NCBI GenBank assembly: GCA_043228905.1
Contig: JBHGNT010000002.1
Span: 2,542,001 to 2,606,000 of the forward strand
Source of the DNA: Azolla caroliniana
Taxonomy: Eukaryota; Plantae; Polypodiophyta
Direction: 5' to 3'
DNA: 64,000 nucleotides
A program made the position numbers and the translations under genes. Position 1 is the first letter of the stretch; each line of letters begins with the position of its first letter. The notes below the pieces were generated by a model, which did no database searches, was not told where the DNA came from, and was given only the letters and a program-made list of their open reading frames with translations. Below, piece after piece: positions 1-12,212 of the stretch.

Positions 1-1142
1 AATCCTCATGAGACGTCATGTGGTGGGATACACCCGAGTTGACAAACCATACATCTTTTGAGTTGGAGGTGCTAGTCGAGTTAGAGGTTGTCATAGAGTT
101 TGTGATGTGCCTCATCACAAACATTCCGCCACGATCGTCGTTTGAGGCGTAGTTGGTGAGTTGCCGACTCACTCTTCTTTTTGCGACACTCTGCCTCATA
201 GTGGCCATGCTTGCCACAGTATCCGCATTGGGCGGAGTTATTCTATCGGCTCGGTCTGGCATGATAGCTCCCCCTGCTTCTTGACGCTCCACCTTGTGCG
301 TTCACAACGTCTTGTCGATAGTTGAAGTTTTGTTCTCGGGGTTGCCTTTGGTTGTACTGACCTTGGCCTGGTTGGCCCCTTCTTCCATGGCCTTGTCCTC
401 TTTCGTCGTCCGAGTTTGTGTAAAACAATTGTCCGTTAGATGCGTTGCCTCTCGTTCAGACGTGGTTTTCTTCCACCAATAACATCAACTAGAGATCGAA
501 GATGGAGGAAGACTTCTCCCTTGCGAGGATGACCAACCGAATGGCTTTTGAAGTGTGGTGCTAAGCCGCCGAGGCATATTTGCACCATTTCATAGTCGTC
601 AATGTTGACATTGATCGACCCAAGGGAGTCGCACAACTCCTTGATCTTCAAGGTGTAGCTGTCGATGGGCATGCCCCTCTATTGAATCATGTTCAACTCT
701 TGGCGGAGCTGAAGCTTTCGTGTGGTTGTGTTTGCCGCGAATATCTTCTTGAGGTTCCCTCACACCTATTTTGGCGTTTTGGCCTCTCGGATGTAATCGA
801 GCATGTGATCATGGACGCATGATGCAAGGCAGTACAACATCTGACTCGTTGCTTGCTCCCAAGTTGGATGGTCGGCATGTGCTTGGGCTGATTTTCGTTT
901 GCCCCTTCGACATAACTCCAATAAACTTGGCCGACAAGGTATTGATTCATCTTGTACTCCTAAGATGCGAAATTGTTTCTGTCAAGTTTCTCTGTAGGAA
1001 GAGCGTTTCCCATCCAAGTGCTCATGTCGAACTTCTTCTTCTCTTGATTCGAACTATGTTGGTTGTTGCTACAGGTTCTCTGTGAACACGGGATTAGACA
1101 CAACACACATGAAGGCGATGGGCTTGGATCAAGCTACCAAGT

Positions 1143-1154
1143 GCTCCGATACCA
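1143..1154 (-). other. Primer binding site (tRNA-iMet type)
   Basis: TGGTATCGGAGC immediately after the LTR end; the canonical site is TGGTATCAGAGC. Confidence 0.85.
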
Positions 1155-1537
1155 TGTAAAGAATCGGTGATGATTCTATGCAGCAGAAGAGATGTGTGTG
1201 TGAGTGAGTGAGTGAGTGAGAGAGAGAGAGAGAGAGACAACACAAGAAAATATAGAAAAACAGAAAATTGTATTAACACAAGCCAGAATAAGCCAATAAC
1301 AGTTACAAAGAGAAGGAGAAGGTGCTTATGTAGTCCACCTTCTCTCTAAGTTCTCTCACTGAAACGGCCCCTTGGGAAAGGGGTTGAGACTTAACTACTT
1401 AAAGAATATGTGTCAACAGTCATAGGATGTTAACTTCTATGACACACTAGTTATTATACAAGGAGGTGGGGTGTTCACACACTTGAGTCTCCTAGAGTGT
1501 GCTCCCACACATGGGAAGTTGAGTTTGATTCTCAACA
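1155..1537 (-). repeat. 5' LTR of copia element (TGTTGAGAATCAAACTCAACTTCCC...TTCTTTACA)
   Basis: TG...CA termini, directly followed by the PBS; same terminal sequences as the LTR at 45266-45586. Confidence 0.88.
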
Positions 1538-1849
1538 ATTAGTTTGGGAATGGAATCTCTCTCCCAAACTAAAAAGTAATTTCCTTGGAAAGTTCCAATG
1601 ATAGGTCTAGATTTGATTGACGCTTCAAGAACCACAATTGCAACACCTATGATATTTATCTATTTCTTAGGAAGCCAAGAATTCTTAATTTCATACTACA
1701 TGCATTTCAAACATGGATTATTAGTGTCATATTTTTTCAACAAAAAATATGAAACACTTTGAATGGCAAGAAGGTTGGTAATCAAGGTTGTTCTCAAAGG
1801 CTTCAAAATTATCATTGGAGTCATCAATCATTTAGCACGATCTTGATTA

Positions 1850-2300
1850 TGTTAGAAAAAGTTATGAAATGCTACAAATAGGCGAGAAGGATAGTCATCA
1901 ATATAGATCTTGATGGTTTGAAACCTATCATTGAATTTGATAGACTTCTCTAAGGCCTATTGTTTCTCACAAATGGGATCTTTCAATGCAAGGTGAAGAC
2001 ATGCTCCTAGTAAGTATCATAGGTATTGGCATGAAATTTGTCAACTTTTTTGGGCTATATCCTCTTTCCTCCACTATCCAATGAAAACAAATTAATAATT
2101 GGCATTTGTTTCTTGCTCTTAGTCTGCCTTTATAGAGCTATTTGTTGTCTCAACCAAAATAATGTTCTAGGGATTGCAACTGAAACTAAGGCTTGAAACT
2201 TTTTGTAAAGATATATTGGCTTATGCAAAAATCATTTGTTTGATGGAAACAATAACTCAAATGGGTGAGGAAGAAGATGCTGCCTCTTAAAGAATGTCTT
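1850..2300 (+). mobile_element. Highly decayed LINE reverse transcriptase remnant
   Basis: LIDFSKAY motif (ttgatagacttctctaaggcctat, ~1938-1961); otherwise broken by stops. Confidence 0.35.
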
Positions 2301-4142
2301 ATGTCTTTGAAAATGTATGCTTGAGCGCTTGCCTATTGATGTATTTCTCTAGTGAAGTTAATGTACTTTGACTATGACAATAATAAGATATGACAAACCC
2401 AACTCGCCCTGAAATAAGTTTATTATACACAAACACACTTGCTTTTGTATATTGTTGCATGTAATATATATGTGGTTTAGTGTAGGGAGGCTCCAAGTAA
2501 AATGTAAAATTGACCTTGATATCACCAAACCTCAAAACATATACATATCTTACATGTGTGTCGTGGCATCATCACTTGCATGACCATGCATGTGAACTTT
2601 AAAGTGAAGTAACTTTAGGCACTTCCCAAGCACTGGAGAAGGGTTAAGAAATATTAAAGATTGAACAAATTGCATTGTCCTTTCAAGGAGTCAATGTTTG
2701 ACACATAAATAACTATAATGATGAGTGTGACAAGATTAATTATAAGTATCCAATCACTGTGAATGAATTAGGTAAGTCGTTCTTGATGGATCACATGGAT
2801 GCAACAATCAACATTCAACCAAAATACTTAATAAGGGGCAAATCAATAGCATTAGAACATCCCACATCCACCACATGTCAAATTCAACAACATTCTTTCA
2901 CTTGTAGGCATTTGCTTGGTAAATTAGTATGTAGTTAAAGGTCTTCTTACATGTTTCGTAAAGAGTGGGTTAACCCTAAACCCCAAATTACCTTCTTCTA
3001 TTCGAGTAATAGTGGGATAGCATAACCTTGAATCTATATAGTGTTAGCCAACTTGAAAGCAATTTTATGAGTTAGTTTGTACATAGTTCCAAATATAATT
3101 AACTTCAAATGAACACAAGGGAGATGATCCATTTATTGCAAAAGAACACAAGTCAACACAATGTTTAATTGGAATATTTCATGAATGTATATAAAATGAT
3201 AAACCACCTAATGTGCTGAGAGAGTCAATCTAATAACACATCAACACAATGACATAGGAGTTCCTTGGTTCCATGAGCCAAAAGACCATTATTAGCAGGT
3301 TGTATGACATCTCCAAGTGACTCTAGGAAAAGAGTGAATATCATTTCCTCAAAATGCCTCAAAGAAGCTCATCATTATCGATTCCTTTCCCAAAAATATG
3401 TACCTCCCACGAGTGAAGGAGAATCTTGCATCAAACAAGGCAATGCTCATGTTGCTCGCAAATGCAAACACGTGTTCTTATTCAAAATGGAACCCTTTGG
3501 CGAGTGGAATTTCAAAGTCTATAGACCATTTTGAACAAAAGATGCGGCATGTGCCTATTTTACAAAAATGGACAAGGTTCCTTCCACACCTTTGTTTAAT
3601 GTTCAAAACGCTTTAAAACATCCACTCCTATCATATGTATTTAAAAATATACTCACAAAATGCATTCAAGTCAAACTATTTAAAAATATTCACAAGTATT
3701 CCATTTATGACAAGCACTGTTCATTAATGAAAAATTTAACACTCGCAACACTCAAAAAATGCTATTATTGTACTTAGTATGGAACCAAATGCTCAAAAAA
3801 CATTGTTGATGAACATTACAATTGAGAGTGCGCATTGTGATTGCAAAAGAGATGTGTGGGGATAACACGATGTGGGAAGCAAATTTGAATGTGATCAATG
3901 GTGAGTACTACAAAAGAATGATGCTCAATCTCACAAATTTGTTATAGACAAAATATGCATAGTTGACACCTCTCATCTCATATTGTTCAACACTTGTCTC
4001 AAACAAAAGAGAAGGTGATCCAAGTCATATAGAAGCAACAAGACAAATGTCACAAAGAAGGATGTTTCTAACACGTGTGGAGAAGTATGGATTGACCCAT
4101 AAGAGATAATGATGGTTTTGTTCAAGAGAATCCTCTCATGAA

Positions 4143-4300
4143 TTGTTGTAGCTCAATCGGTAAAGTTGCCTCACAACAAAAGGTCATGCATCAATTTCTA
4201 CATTTTGCAATTGTATCTAGGTTTAGTAGCATATAAAGTGAGATTTAAACCTGCATGCATGAGTCAGTAAAAAATTGGCTCACCATAGTTACAACCCTAA
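4143..4300 (+). repeat. Degenerate copy of the tRNA-derived repeat seen at 10858-11590
   Basis: TGTAGCTCAATCGGTAAAGTTGCC...GGTCATG...CTACATTTTGCAATTGTATCTAG aligns by eye with TGTAGCTCAGTTGGTAAGGTTGCC...GGTCATG...CTACATTCCACAGTGGCATCTAG. Confidence 0.5.
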
Positions 4301-4575
4301 TGCAAAAAAGAAATCCAATCGCAGCTTAAATCACTCGTAAGTGATCGAAAGATTCTTCAAATCAGTCATCAAGCTTTAGATTTTCTATTTTCATTATCAA
4401 TACATGTTAACATCAAAGATTGAAGGAAAAAAAATTTATCAACCTAAGAATTTCTCAACTTTTAAGGAGAGGACCTTATACATGTCGATGCTCCATGTGA
4501 GCAATGAGATGATGAGCTTTCCATGATTGAAAAAATTCATCACAATTAAACAAAAATGTATACACAAGCTATCAA

Positions 4576-7500
4576 TCACTCTGACGTCTGAGCCGTCTCA
4601 GTGACAGCCTCAGTTCTTGGTGATGTTCCAAATTTTTTCGCAAAGTACTCGACAGCACGTGCTTGATGCTTTGCCACTGACGGTTTCACCCATTTCTTTG
4701 GTCCTGGAACCATTGTAAGAGTGCAACCCCCTGCTTCTAGCTTACTTTTAGCAGAGTCTGAGAAAGCCCCCGCCTTAATGGAAAGCTTGGCGTTGAGTTC
4801 TCCATCCCCAAGAATCTAGATAAACAGGGTATTAATTGCTGAACTATAATGTGAAATTATATCTACCAATATATGCACAAATATCAGGAGAGTGTGGTAA
4901 AGGCTATGTCTACAATCTCAAGTTCATAGGTTCAAAATTATCACTATTAATCGGCCTAATGTTACTTTCATTGTGACAACAAAAGCTTATTCTCTCCAAC
5001 CATAAGTTGTGGTTCAAGTCTAAAGCAATGGATATAATGTTATGTTCATTGTAAAACAATTTCGTGCCTTTGTTTCAAGATAATTATATGTTTGATCAAC
5101 TAGAATGTTCCTCCTATGAAATGGCTTCACAATTTATTCACCACCACAGCCAGAGGGTTGAAAATTATCGACAGATATTTCAACAGAAGTCCAAAAGTAA
5201 CAATCCAATATTTCATGTATACAATAATCCTACCTGGTAGTTCAAGCTATGAGTATTCATTTAAGATGTGATGCATTCATCATTTCAAAAGTGTTAGCAT
5301 CAGAAAATAAATACACATTCATTACCTTAAGACGCAACCTTCTCAATCGTCCCGAGGGGTTAAGTATGCCTCTGCTCTTCAATGACTCCAAAGATACCTC
5401 CTCTCCTTCCTCAAATCCAGCAAGTGCAATATCTGATAAGTTCACCGTGACAAACTTAGGAAGCCCTGCAGACATACCTGTGGTGGACACACACAATATT
5501 TGCACAAATCAAGTGTTAAAAATACAGCACTAAAGTAGTCTAAAAAACACTTTCCTAATCATCAAATTCAAATACAATGTATATAACCATTTCGCACCAA
5601 AGAAGAATATAATCAGTGCAAAAAACATCAAAATACTCCTGATTCCCTTAGGCATTTTTCAGAATACCACTTAAGTTTTCAGAAATTACAAGAAATACCC
5701 CCTTCCTAGTGCAAAAGTTGGTTACTCCAAGAGAACTCAGGGGTTTTCCCGTCATTTCTGAAAATTTTGGAGTTTTCTCGTAGTTTCTGAAAACAAAAGG
5801 CTATTCTATGCTAGATACCCAGCAAAAGTATTTATACCTCCAGCAATTCCTCTGAGCTTGGGGAGACGTCGGTAAAGAGGTGTTTGGCCTCCTTCGAACC
5901 CTGGGCGTACACCTGGACCTGATCTTGATTTCTGACCCCTCATACCAAAACCACAGCTACCACCTTGTCCGGCACCTTCTCCTCTTCCCTTTCTCTTTGC
6001 TTTCTTGCGAGATCCCGGTTGCGGACCCAGATTTGCTAGGTGGAATCTCTCGGTATCTTTTATCATATTAAAGAGCTACAATTAGAAGTCCCTTTCCAGC
6101 ATCAAGATCAGACAGATGTAATCTCTTGATCAGTCTCATAAGCCATTTTGGCCTCTAAAGAAATGTCAGTATACATATTTTATCCTCACTACAAAAATAA
6201 GGTTCCCAGATGCAGCAAGACTGATGTATTGCTGCCAATATGATTGGAACCAAAGGAAATGAAACACCTTTTCTTTAGATTTATAGACATACAGACAATA
6301 TATTCATGAGTTACCTACAATATGCATAAAGCTGTAGAATACAAACCCATATGGAGGTAGCTATGCAGAGGGAGGGGAGGACAGGAAGAGGAATCAAATT
6401 GGAAAATTTACATCTCAACCACACTTTAAATCGTTTGAAATACTAAAAAATATATGGACAAAAAAATTTCCGGGCTGCAGGAACAGAGGAAATGACATAC
6501 AGAAATAGCTTTGTCTTCCGTGTAGCTATGAAGTTATCAAGAAGCATCTCCCACCAATTCTCTATGATATTCAAGTTTACAACCAAGGATTACATATGCC
6601 ATATTCAGCTGGATTCTTGAGAAACAAGTCTAGACAAAAGTGCCTTCCTCTATACCTCTATCAATTCCAAGTCTGGGGGAATGATCAGGATAATATATGC
6701 CAAGACATCTAGTTCCTCTGTCTTATATAGCCCCATATTTTGTTCCTTTTTTAGTTTTCTCTTTTCGTTACAAGGAATCCAGAAATACGTCCCATGTGAC
6801 TATGGTGCCTATGCATTTCACAAACATCCCATGGTTAATTGTGAGTAGCTCCTCTAGATTTAAGCAAAAGAATTAACCAAGACAAAACATAAGGAAACCC
6901 CACTATTTCACCTCTGGACTCTAGACAAAATAATTTTCAATAAAAACAGAGGGAAAGCGATGCTATTTCATTTCTGAACCAGAAAAGAAAACCAGAATTT
7001 GACATAAACGAAAAAGAAAGCAAAACCATACATATCATTCACCTCTATATTTAAGCATAAATGACTCGACCTAAACAAAACAGGAAGGAACCATACCAGT
7101 TCACGTCTGGACGGAATTTGAGCGCAACCAAAAAGAAACAAAAACTGAAGGGATAAATCTGACCTAAAAGAAGAGTCTTGCAGAGAATAATTTACTTAAA
7201 AAAAGAACAGAAAAGATTGAGGAGATACGGGAAGTATTAAGACAGAGACAGAGCGAGAATGCACCATGTACAGTAGCAGACGCTCGGAAAGGAGCCACGG
7301 ATTTGCGCTGAGGAAGAGCATGAAGAGAGGATGAAGAACACCGAAGGATGGAGCCTCGCTGGAAGGTGGAGCTCGAGGACGATGACAGGGAAGAGACATC
7401 GCTCTATCAAATCAAACAAGAGAAGCAACTCGGTTCTGAGGAGGAGACAAGGACAGAGACAGAGACAGAGAGACAGAGAGACAGAGAGACAGAGAAACAG

Positions 7501-7593
7501 AGACAGAGACAGAGACAGAGACAGAGACAGAGACAGAGACAGAGATTTACTTACCTTGAGGAGTGAAGGGAGAGAAGCCATCGCCATAGCCAT
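4576..7593 (-). CDS. RPL15: Plastid 50S ribosomal protein L15 (uL15c), nuclear encoded. Exons 7593-7555, 7403-7265, 6056-5838, 5477-5326, 4815-4576
   Basis: The spliced product has a Ser-rich transit peptide followed by [23 protein letters not shown]...[29 protein letters not shown]...[19 protein letters not shown]...[26 protein letters not shown] introns with consistent phase. The exon 3 acceptor is the least certain boundary. Confidence 0.93.
7452..7545. repeat. (AGAGAC)n microsatellite in RPL15 intron 1
   Basis: Visible hexamer run; it explains the low-complexity RDRDRD/SLSLSL ORFs. Confidence 0.9.
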
Positions 7594-7791
7594 GAGTGAG
7601 AGTGAGTGAGTGTGTGTGTTCTGTTTGGATAAGCTTAAGCTTCTTCTTCTTCTTCTTCTTCTTCTTCTTCTGTGTGTGAAAATGCCTTCTGTGTAGAAAA
7701 GGCTCTTCTTCCTTTCAATAGAAAAAACGGTTAAAATTACAAAAATGCCCTCCAAATCTCCTTGGGCTTAAGAAATGGACATGACCATGAC

Positions 7792-8180
7792 CTGGTCAGG
7801 GGTTCCATGGTATTAAATAAGTAGCATGTCTCCAGCCAATGGCTAGGCACTGGATATCTTGGCCTACAACCTACACAGATCATTGTCCACCCTGGATAGT
7901 GGGTTTTGTGGGACACCACTGGTCAGGGTTTCCATGGTATTGAATGAGTAGCTTGCGTCCAACCAATGTTCAGGCATTGGATATCTCGGCCTACAACCTA
8001 CACAAATCATTGTCCACCCTAGATAGTGGGTTTTGTGGGCCAACACTGGTCAGGGTTTCCATGGTATTGAATGAGTAGCCTGCGTCCAACCAAATGTCTG
8101 GCCACTAGGTATGTCGCCCTGCAAGCAACCTACATTGGTCATTGTCCACCCTTCCTTGGTGGGTTTTGTGGGCCAACACT
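7792..8180. repeat. 127-bp tandem repeat, 3 copies, upstream of RPL15
   Basis: Units begin CTGGTCAGGG at 7792, 7919 and 8046 and end GTGGGTTTTGTGGG(A/C)CA(C/A)CA. Confidence 0.92.
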
Positions 8181-8734
8181 TTATTGGCTCCATGACCCAT
8201 GTCGACAAGCTAGTTCATTTCCACGATAGTGGCAACAATAGCTAGCTGGTAGAACCCCCTGTAAATGTGTCACTAGTGTTATTCGTCATGTGTAGTTTCG
8301 TCGAGATGATCTTTGTTCTTCCTGATGGAAATTCCTCTAATAACACGATGTTGCACTTTAATGTGTTCCATTCTTTGCATGAAAAGCTGAATGCTTCAAC
8401 ATTTTGCATTGTGGGCAGTTGGACTTCTTCGACATTTTGCGTTCATATCTGTAGGCAACAAAGAAAGCCACAATGATTCATTTGTTGCAATGTACTCCGC
8501 TTTTGTTGTCAACGCCATCATGTAATAATGTATTGTTGATCTCCATGATATCATTCTACTCACAAACTATAAAATGTACCTTCACTTATATTTGTTGGTG
8601 TCCACACGTTTGGCATTGTTAGAGTCTAAAACGTTTGTTGTTCACACATTTGGCATCGGGCAAAGTTCTTGATTATTCATTCTACTTAACTATTGTATTC
8701 TTCTTTTCATTGCTTCTTGGTGTTTTTTATTGAG

Positions 8735-9040
8735 GTTTGACGTGAACCTACCTACAACCCTGAGTGCAAATACAATGTTGGGTGTGGTGTCCACCATGGG
8801 CATACATTAAGCTATCGACACAAAACCAAAAATGTACAAAACTCTCTGCAGTTGTCCTTGTTCAAATGCATACTTTAAACAACCACCCTTGTTCAAATGT
8901 ATACTTTAATTACGTGATCCACATATAATCTCGGATTTACTTCGTTCCCTTCCAAATCCTTCATATCAAATTCATAACCTAGCTTCCTTAGAACACATAT
9001 TTCCTCGTAATAAATATGTCATCCAAATATAGGATATAGG
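8735..9040 (-). mobile_element. Decayed copia reverse transcriptase remnant
   Basis: Minus-strand YLDDI, FDMKDL and SLMYA..TPNIVFALRVVGRFTSN motifs with frameshifts. Confidence 0.6.
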
Positions 9041-9737
9041 AGGATTAGGTTTAACCTTCAATTTAAGCAAATGCCTAGATTTGGTTTGGTAATAATGAAG
9101 GATGCTATGTTGGTGTCACAATGAAGATTAATAACCTCTACACAACAAGATCAATATTTCGTATTCCAAGATGTTATGACTTTATTGGCGATTATTATTG
9201 TTGCATGACCCATTTCTTGATTTAGATAGAGGATCTCGAGAACTCGATTGGCCATTTGCTTGAAATAGGAGATTGATTACGGTATCAACAAATGATGCTC
9301 TCCACAAGTTGATTGACAAACATAAGTGGATGGATGAAAAGGTTTCATGTGATCATGGTAGGTTGGTGTTCTCAAATGATGCTAATAGCTAAGATATTTT
9401 GGAGAGTTATGGTTTGAGCTTTTCCAATGGGACATACATTAAATAAAGATAAAGTTTGCTAGAGGATGTGCGTCTTTTGTTCAGTCTAGGGCAAGAGAAT
9501 CTTCATTCAATCGGGTTTTTGTACATATAGAGCAGTGGTTTGAGTTATTGAGGTGGGAGTTATGGTTCAATTGGAACATTTGTGTGTAGGGTGGAATTGA
9601 ATTTGTAATATTTAGCTCCCTAGAGTTCTTATAAAGATTGTTGTAAGTCAGTCGTGGTGATGTTTTAGTTCATAATGAAAGACATTTAATACGAAATAGA
9701 GATAGATAGATTTTACTATAATCTTCCGAGATCGAAC

Positions 9738-10500
9738 ATTTTTTTCCAAGAAAGATATTATATTAGTATTAAGAAATGCCCTAAGGCTATACATGAAATA
9801 TCCACATTAGGTAATCACCCCATTCTAAGTTTTAATTGTCGAGGCTCACTTCTTCATATTCTACCTAGATTCCGATAGAGCATGCACATCTCTCGAACTT
9901 TCAGTGTATGCATGCCTCTCAAACCTTGTATAATACTTGTGCTCAACAACACAAGTCATAGAATTCATAGTTCAAGTCATTTGCTTTCATTCTCTCCCTT
10001 CTTAGTCATTGTTTGTCTCTCTCTCGTCTTGTTTCAAATAGGTTGCCATTGATGAAATGACTTTGATCGTGCCCTATTTGGAACTAATTTAATGGGACCA
10101 ACAGTCCAAGGTTGAGGCATATGATTAGAATCCTAACAACGTAGAAACATAAAAGTTCGGGGCCCCTTTAAAATGTTGGGATATATCTTAAAAACTTCAT
10201 TTATCATGCCATCCAAACTATGGCGCTTACAACTAGAAAGATGCCTTAAAACCATGTCCACCTCATCCTTTGTGAAAACTACATCCTATCCATGACTAGG
10301 TGTTGTGCATAATGCATCCAACCACGTGGTGTGCTCTACAAATGACCTGATTCATCATAAATGATTACGAACCAAGAAAATCCTTAAATTAATGAACACA
10401 TATGCAATTATTGTAATTGGATCCATTATAAATGCATCATCTTGCTTCATATGTACCACATCAGATCAAGCTTGGTAGGATGTAGTGCTTGAAAAATCAA
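9738..10500 (-). mobile_element. Decayed L1-type LINE with 3' A-tail at ~9739-9746
   Basis: Minus-strand FTKDEVDMVLRHLSSCKRHSLDGMINEVFK (start of RT, KSPGxDG-like). The 3' terminal ~90 bp recurs at ~18000-18090. Confidence 0.5.
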
Positions 10501-10857
10501 ATGAGATTAACATCGATTATCGACGAGCCCATCCTTAAGTTGTCTCATTTTAGCATAACGATAGATTTAACACTGCAATAAAGAAATATTGACTTGCAAT
10601 TGATGTAGGGTGTCCAAGAACTTCGCATCTAATGGGTCCATGCATCAATAGTGCATTGCACCTGCCTAGGGAGAACACGGGAGAACAAGTCGCCGGGCAT
10701 TCATTAACACATATGTATGAAAAACGATCTCGAAGTTATATTCCCCATGCCAATGTACTCACTAGAATGGGATTCACACGAGGAAACTCTCTCCTTGGCA
10801 TGTCCCACAGTAGTACCTCCGAGTAGTGGTGACACCACACACATTCTCTCTCTATCT

Positions 10858-11053
10858 TCTCATAATTAGCTTACCTGATTGGTAAATTGTTACACTACAA
10901 GTCATTGTGTCTTGGGTTCGAAACCCAAATTTACTCACCTCTCTATTATATACTCCATACATATCTCTTAATTCACTAGATGCCACTATGGAATGTGAGG
11001 GGTTGAACCCATGACCACCTGGTCTCCATTGGGCAACAGAGCTACATCCATCT
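10858..11053 (-). mobile_element. tRNA-derived SINE-like repeat, copy A
   Basis: Homologous to 11387-11590 in reverse orientation; A-box region partly deleted; B-box-like GGTTCAACCCC. Confidence 0.7.
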
Positions 11054-11077
11054 ACACACACAATCTCTATCTCTCTC

Positions 11078-11263
11078 TTTTCGTAATTAGCTTACCCTAG
11101 TGGTAAGTTGTTACACTACAAGCCAATATGTCTTGGGTTTGAAACCCAATTTTACTTCATACATATTTCTTAATTCACTAGATGCCACTTGTGGACTGTA
11201 AGGGTTGAACCTATCACCTCGTGGTCTCCATTGGGCAACCTTACCAACTAACCTACATCCATA
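11078..11263 (-). mobile_element. tRNA-derived SINE-like repeat, copy B
   Basis: Tandem with copy A and inverted relative to copy C. Confidence 0.7.
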
Positions 11264-11386
11264 TGGGCAATGTCTTTCTCTCACTTATTCACTCACACAC
11301 ACACACACATATACACACACAATTATATTATGTAATAAATGTGTGTGAGAGAGATAAAGGGAGAGAGAGAGAGAGGGAGGGAGCTC

Positions 11387-11590
11387 AGATGGATGTAGCT
11401 CAGTTGGTAAGGTTGCCCAATGGAAACCAGGTGGTCATGGGTTCAACCCCTACATTCCACAGTGGCATCTAGTGAATTAAGAGATATATACATGAAGTAT
11501 ATAATAGAGAGAAGTGAGAAAATTGGGTTTCGAACCCAAGACGCAATGCTTTTAAGTAGTGTTAACAAGTTACAACTTATTACGAGAAAA
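11387..11590 (+). mobile_element. tRNA-derived SINE-like repeat, copy C
   Basis: GGATGTAGCTCAGTTGGTAAG (A box) ... GGGTTCAACCCC (B box); flanked by (AG)n runs. Confidence 0.72.
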
Positions 11591-11829
11591 AGAGAGAGAG
11601 AGAGAGAGAGAGAGGGGCAATTTTTGGAATTTCATTTTGTAACATGTGGAATACAAGTGAAGGGTAGGGCTGCGAATTCCATGAAACTCTGACGAAAGAA
11701 GGAAGGAAGGAAGGAAGGAAGGAAGGAAGGAGCAGCAGAAGAAACAGAAAGCAGAAGCAGCAGAAGAAGCAGAAGCAGAAGACGAAGGAGCTGACAGTCA
11801 GACATATCTGCAGATCTTCCTCTGCAGCG

Positions 11830-12170
11830 ATGGAGGTAAAGTAACTCTCCGTAAAACCTATCAATGGATGTTTCATTACTTTCGAGCACTCTTCCCGTCC
11901 TCTTCCCTCCTTATCAGATCAGATCTGATGTAGACCATCTTTTCTCTCCCGCTTTTCTTCTGTTATCTGAGACTGAATTTCCTCCTTCTTCTGCAGCTTT
12001 CGTGTCCGTTGATCAAGAACGTCTTGCTTCTGGATGCGGAAGGTAAACGTGTAGCTGTGAAGTACTTCTCTGACGATTGGCCAAACCTCTCCGCTAAGCT
12101 CGCCTTCGAGAAATCTGTCTTTACCAAAACTCAGCGTACAAATGCACGAGCAGAAGGTAAAGGTTACTCG

Positions 12171-12212
<42 letters not shown>

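Larger units (their letters stand above)
1..1537 (-). mobile_element. Ty1/copia LTR retrotransposon, 5' part (5' LTR, PBS, disrupted gag with zinc knuckle, start of protease); runs off the window start
   Basis: Minus-strand peptides YTLKIKELCDSLGSINVNIDDYEMVQICLGGL (gag), a CCHC knuckle CGYCGKHGHYEAEC near 190-232 and the protease motif WFVNSG near 33-50. Frameshifted. The LTR and gag match the element at 45266. Confidence 0.9.

Noticed and set aside
7237-7755. ORFs rich in SLSLSL, RDRDRD and RRRR
   Set aside because: Translations of the (AGAGAC)n and (CTT)n microsatellites in the RPL15 intron and leader.
7792-8180. Regular repeats as a CRISPR array
   Set aside because: Whole 127-bp units are duplicated with no unique spacers; eukaryotic context and no cas genes.
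11391-11460. Functional tRNA gene
   Set aside because: A and B boxes are present, but there is no credible anticodon arm or cloverleaf, and the sequence is part of a repeated unit.
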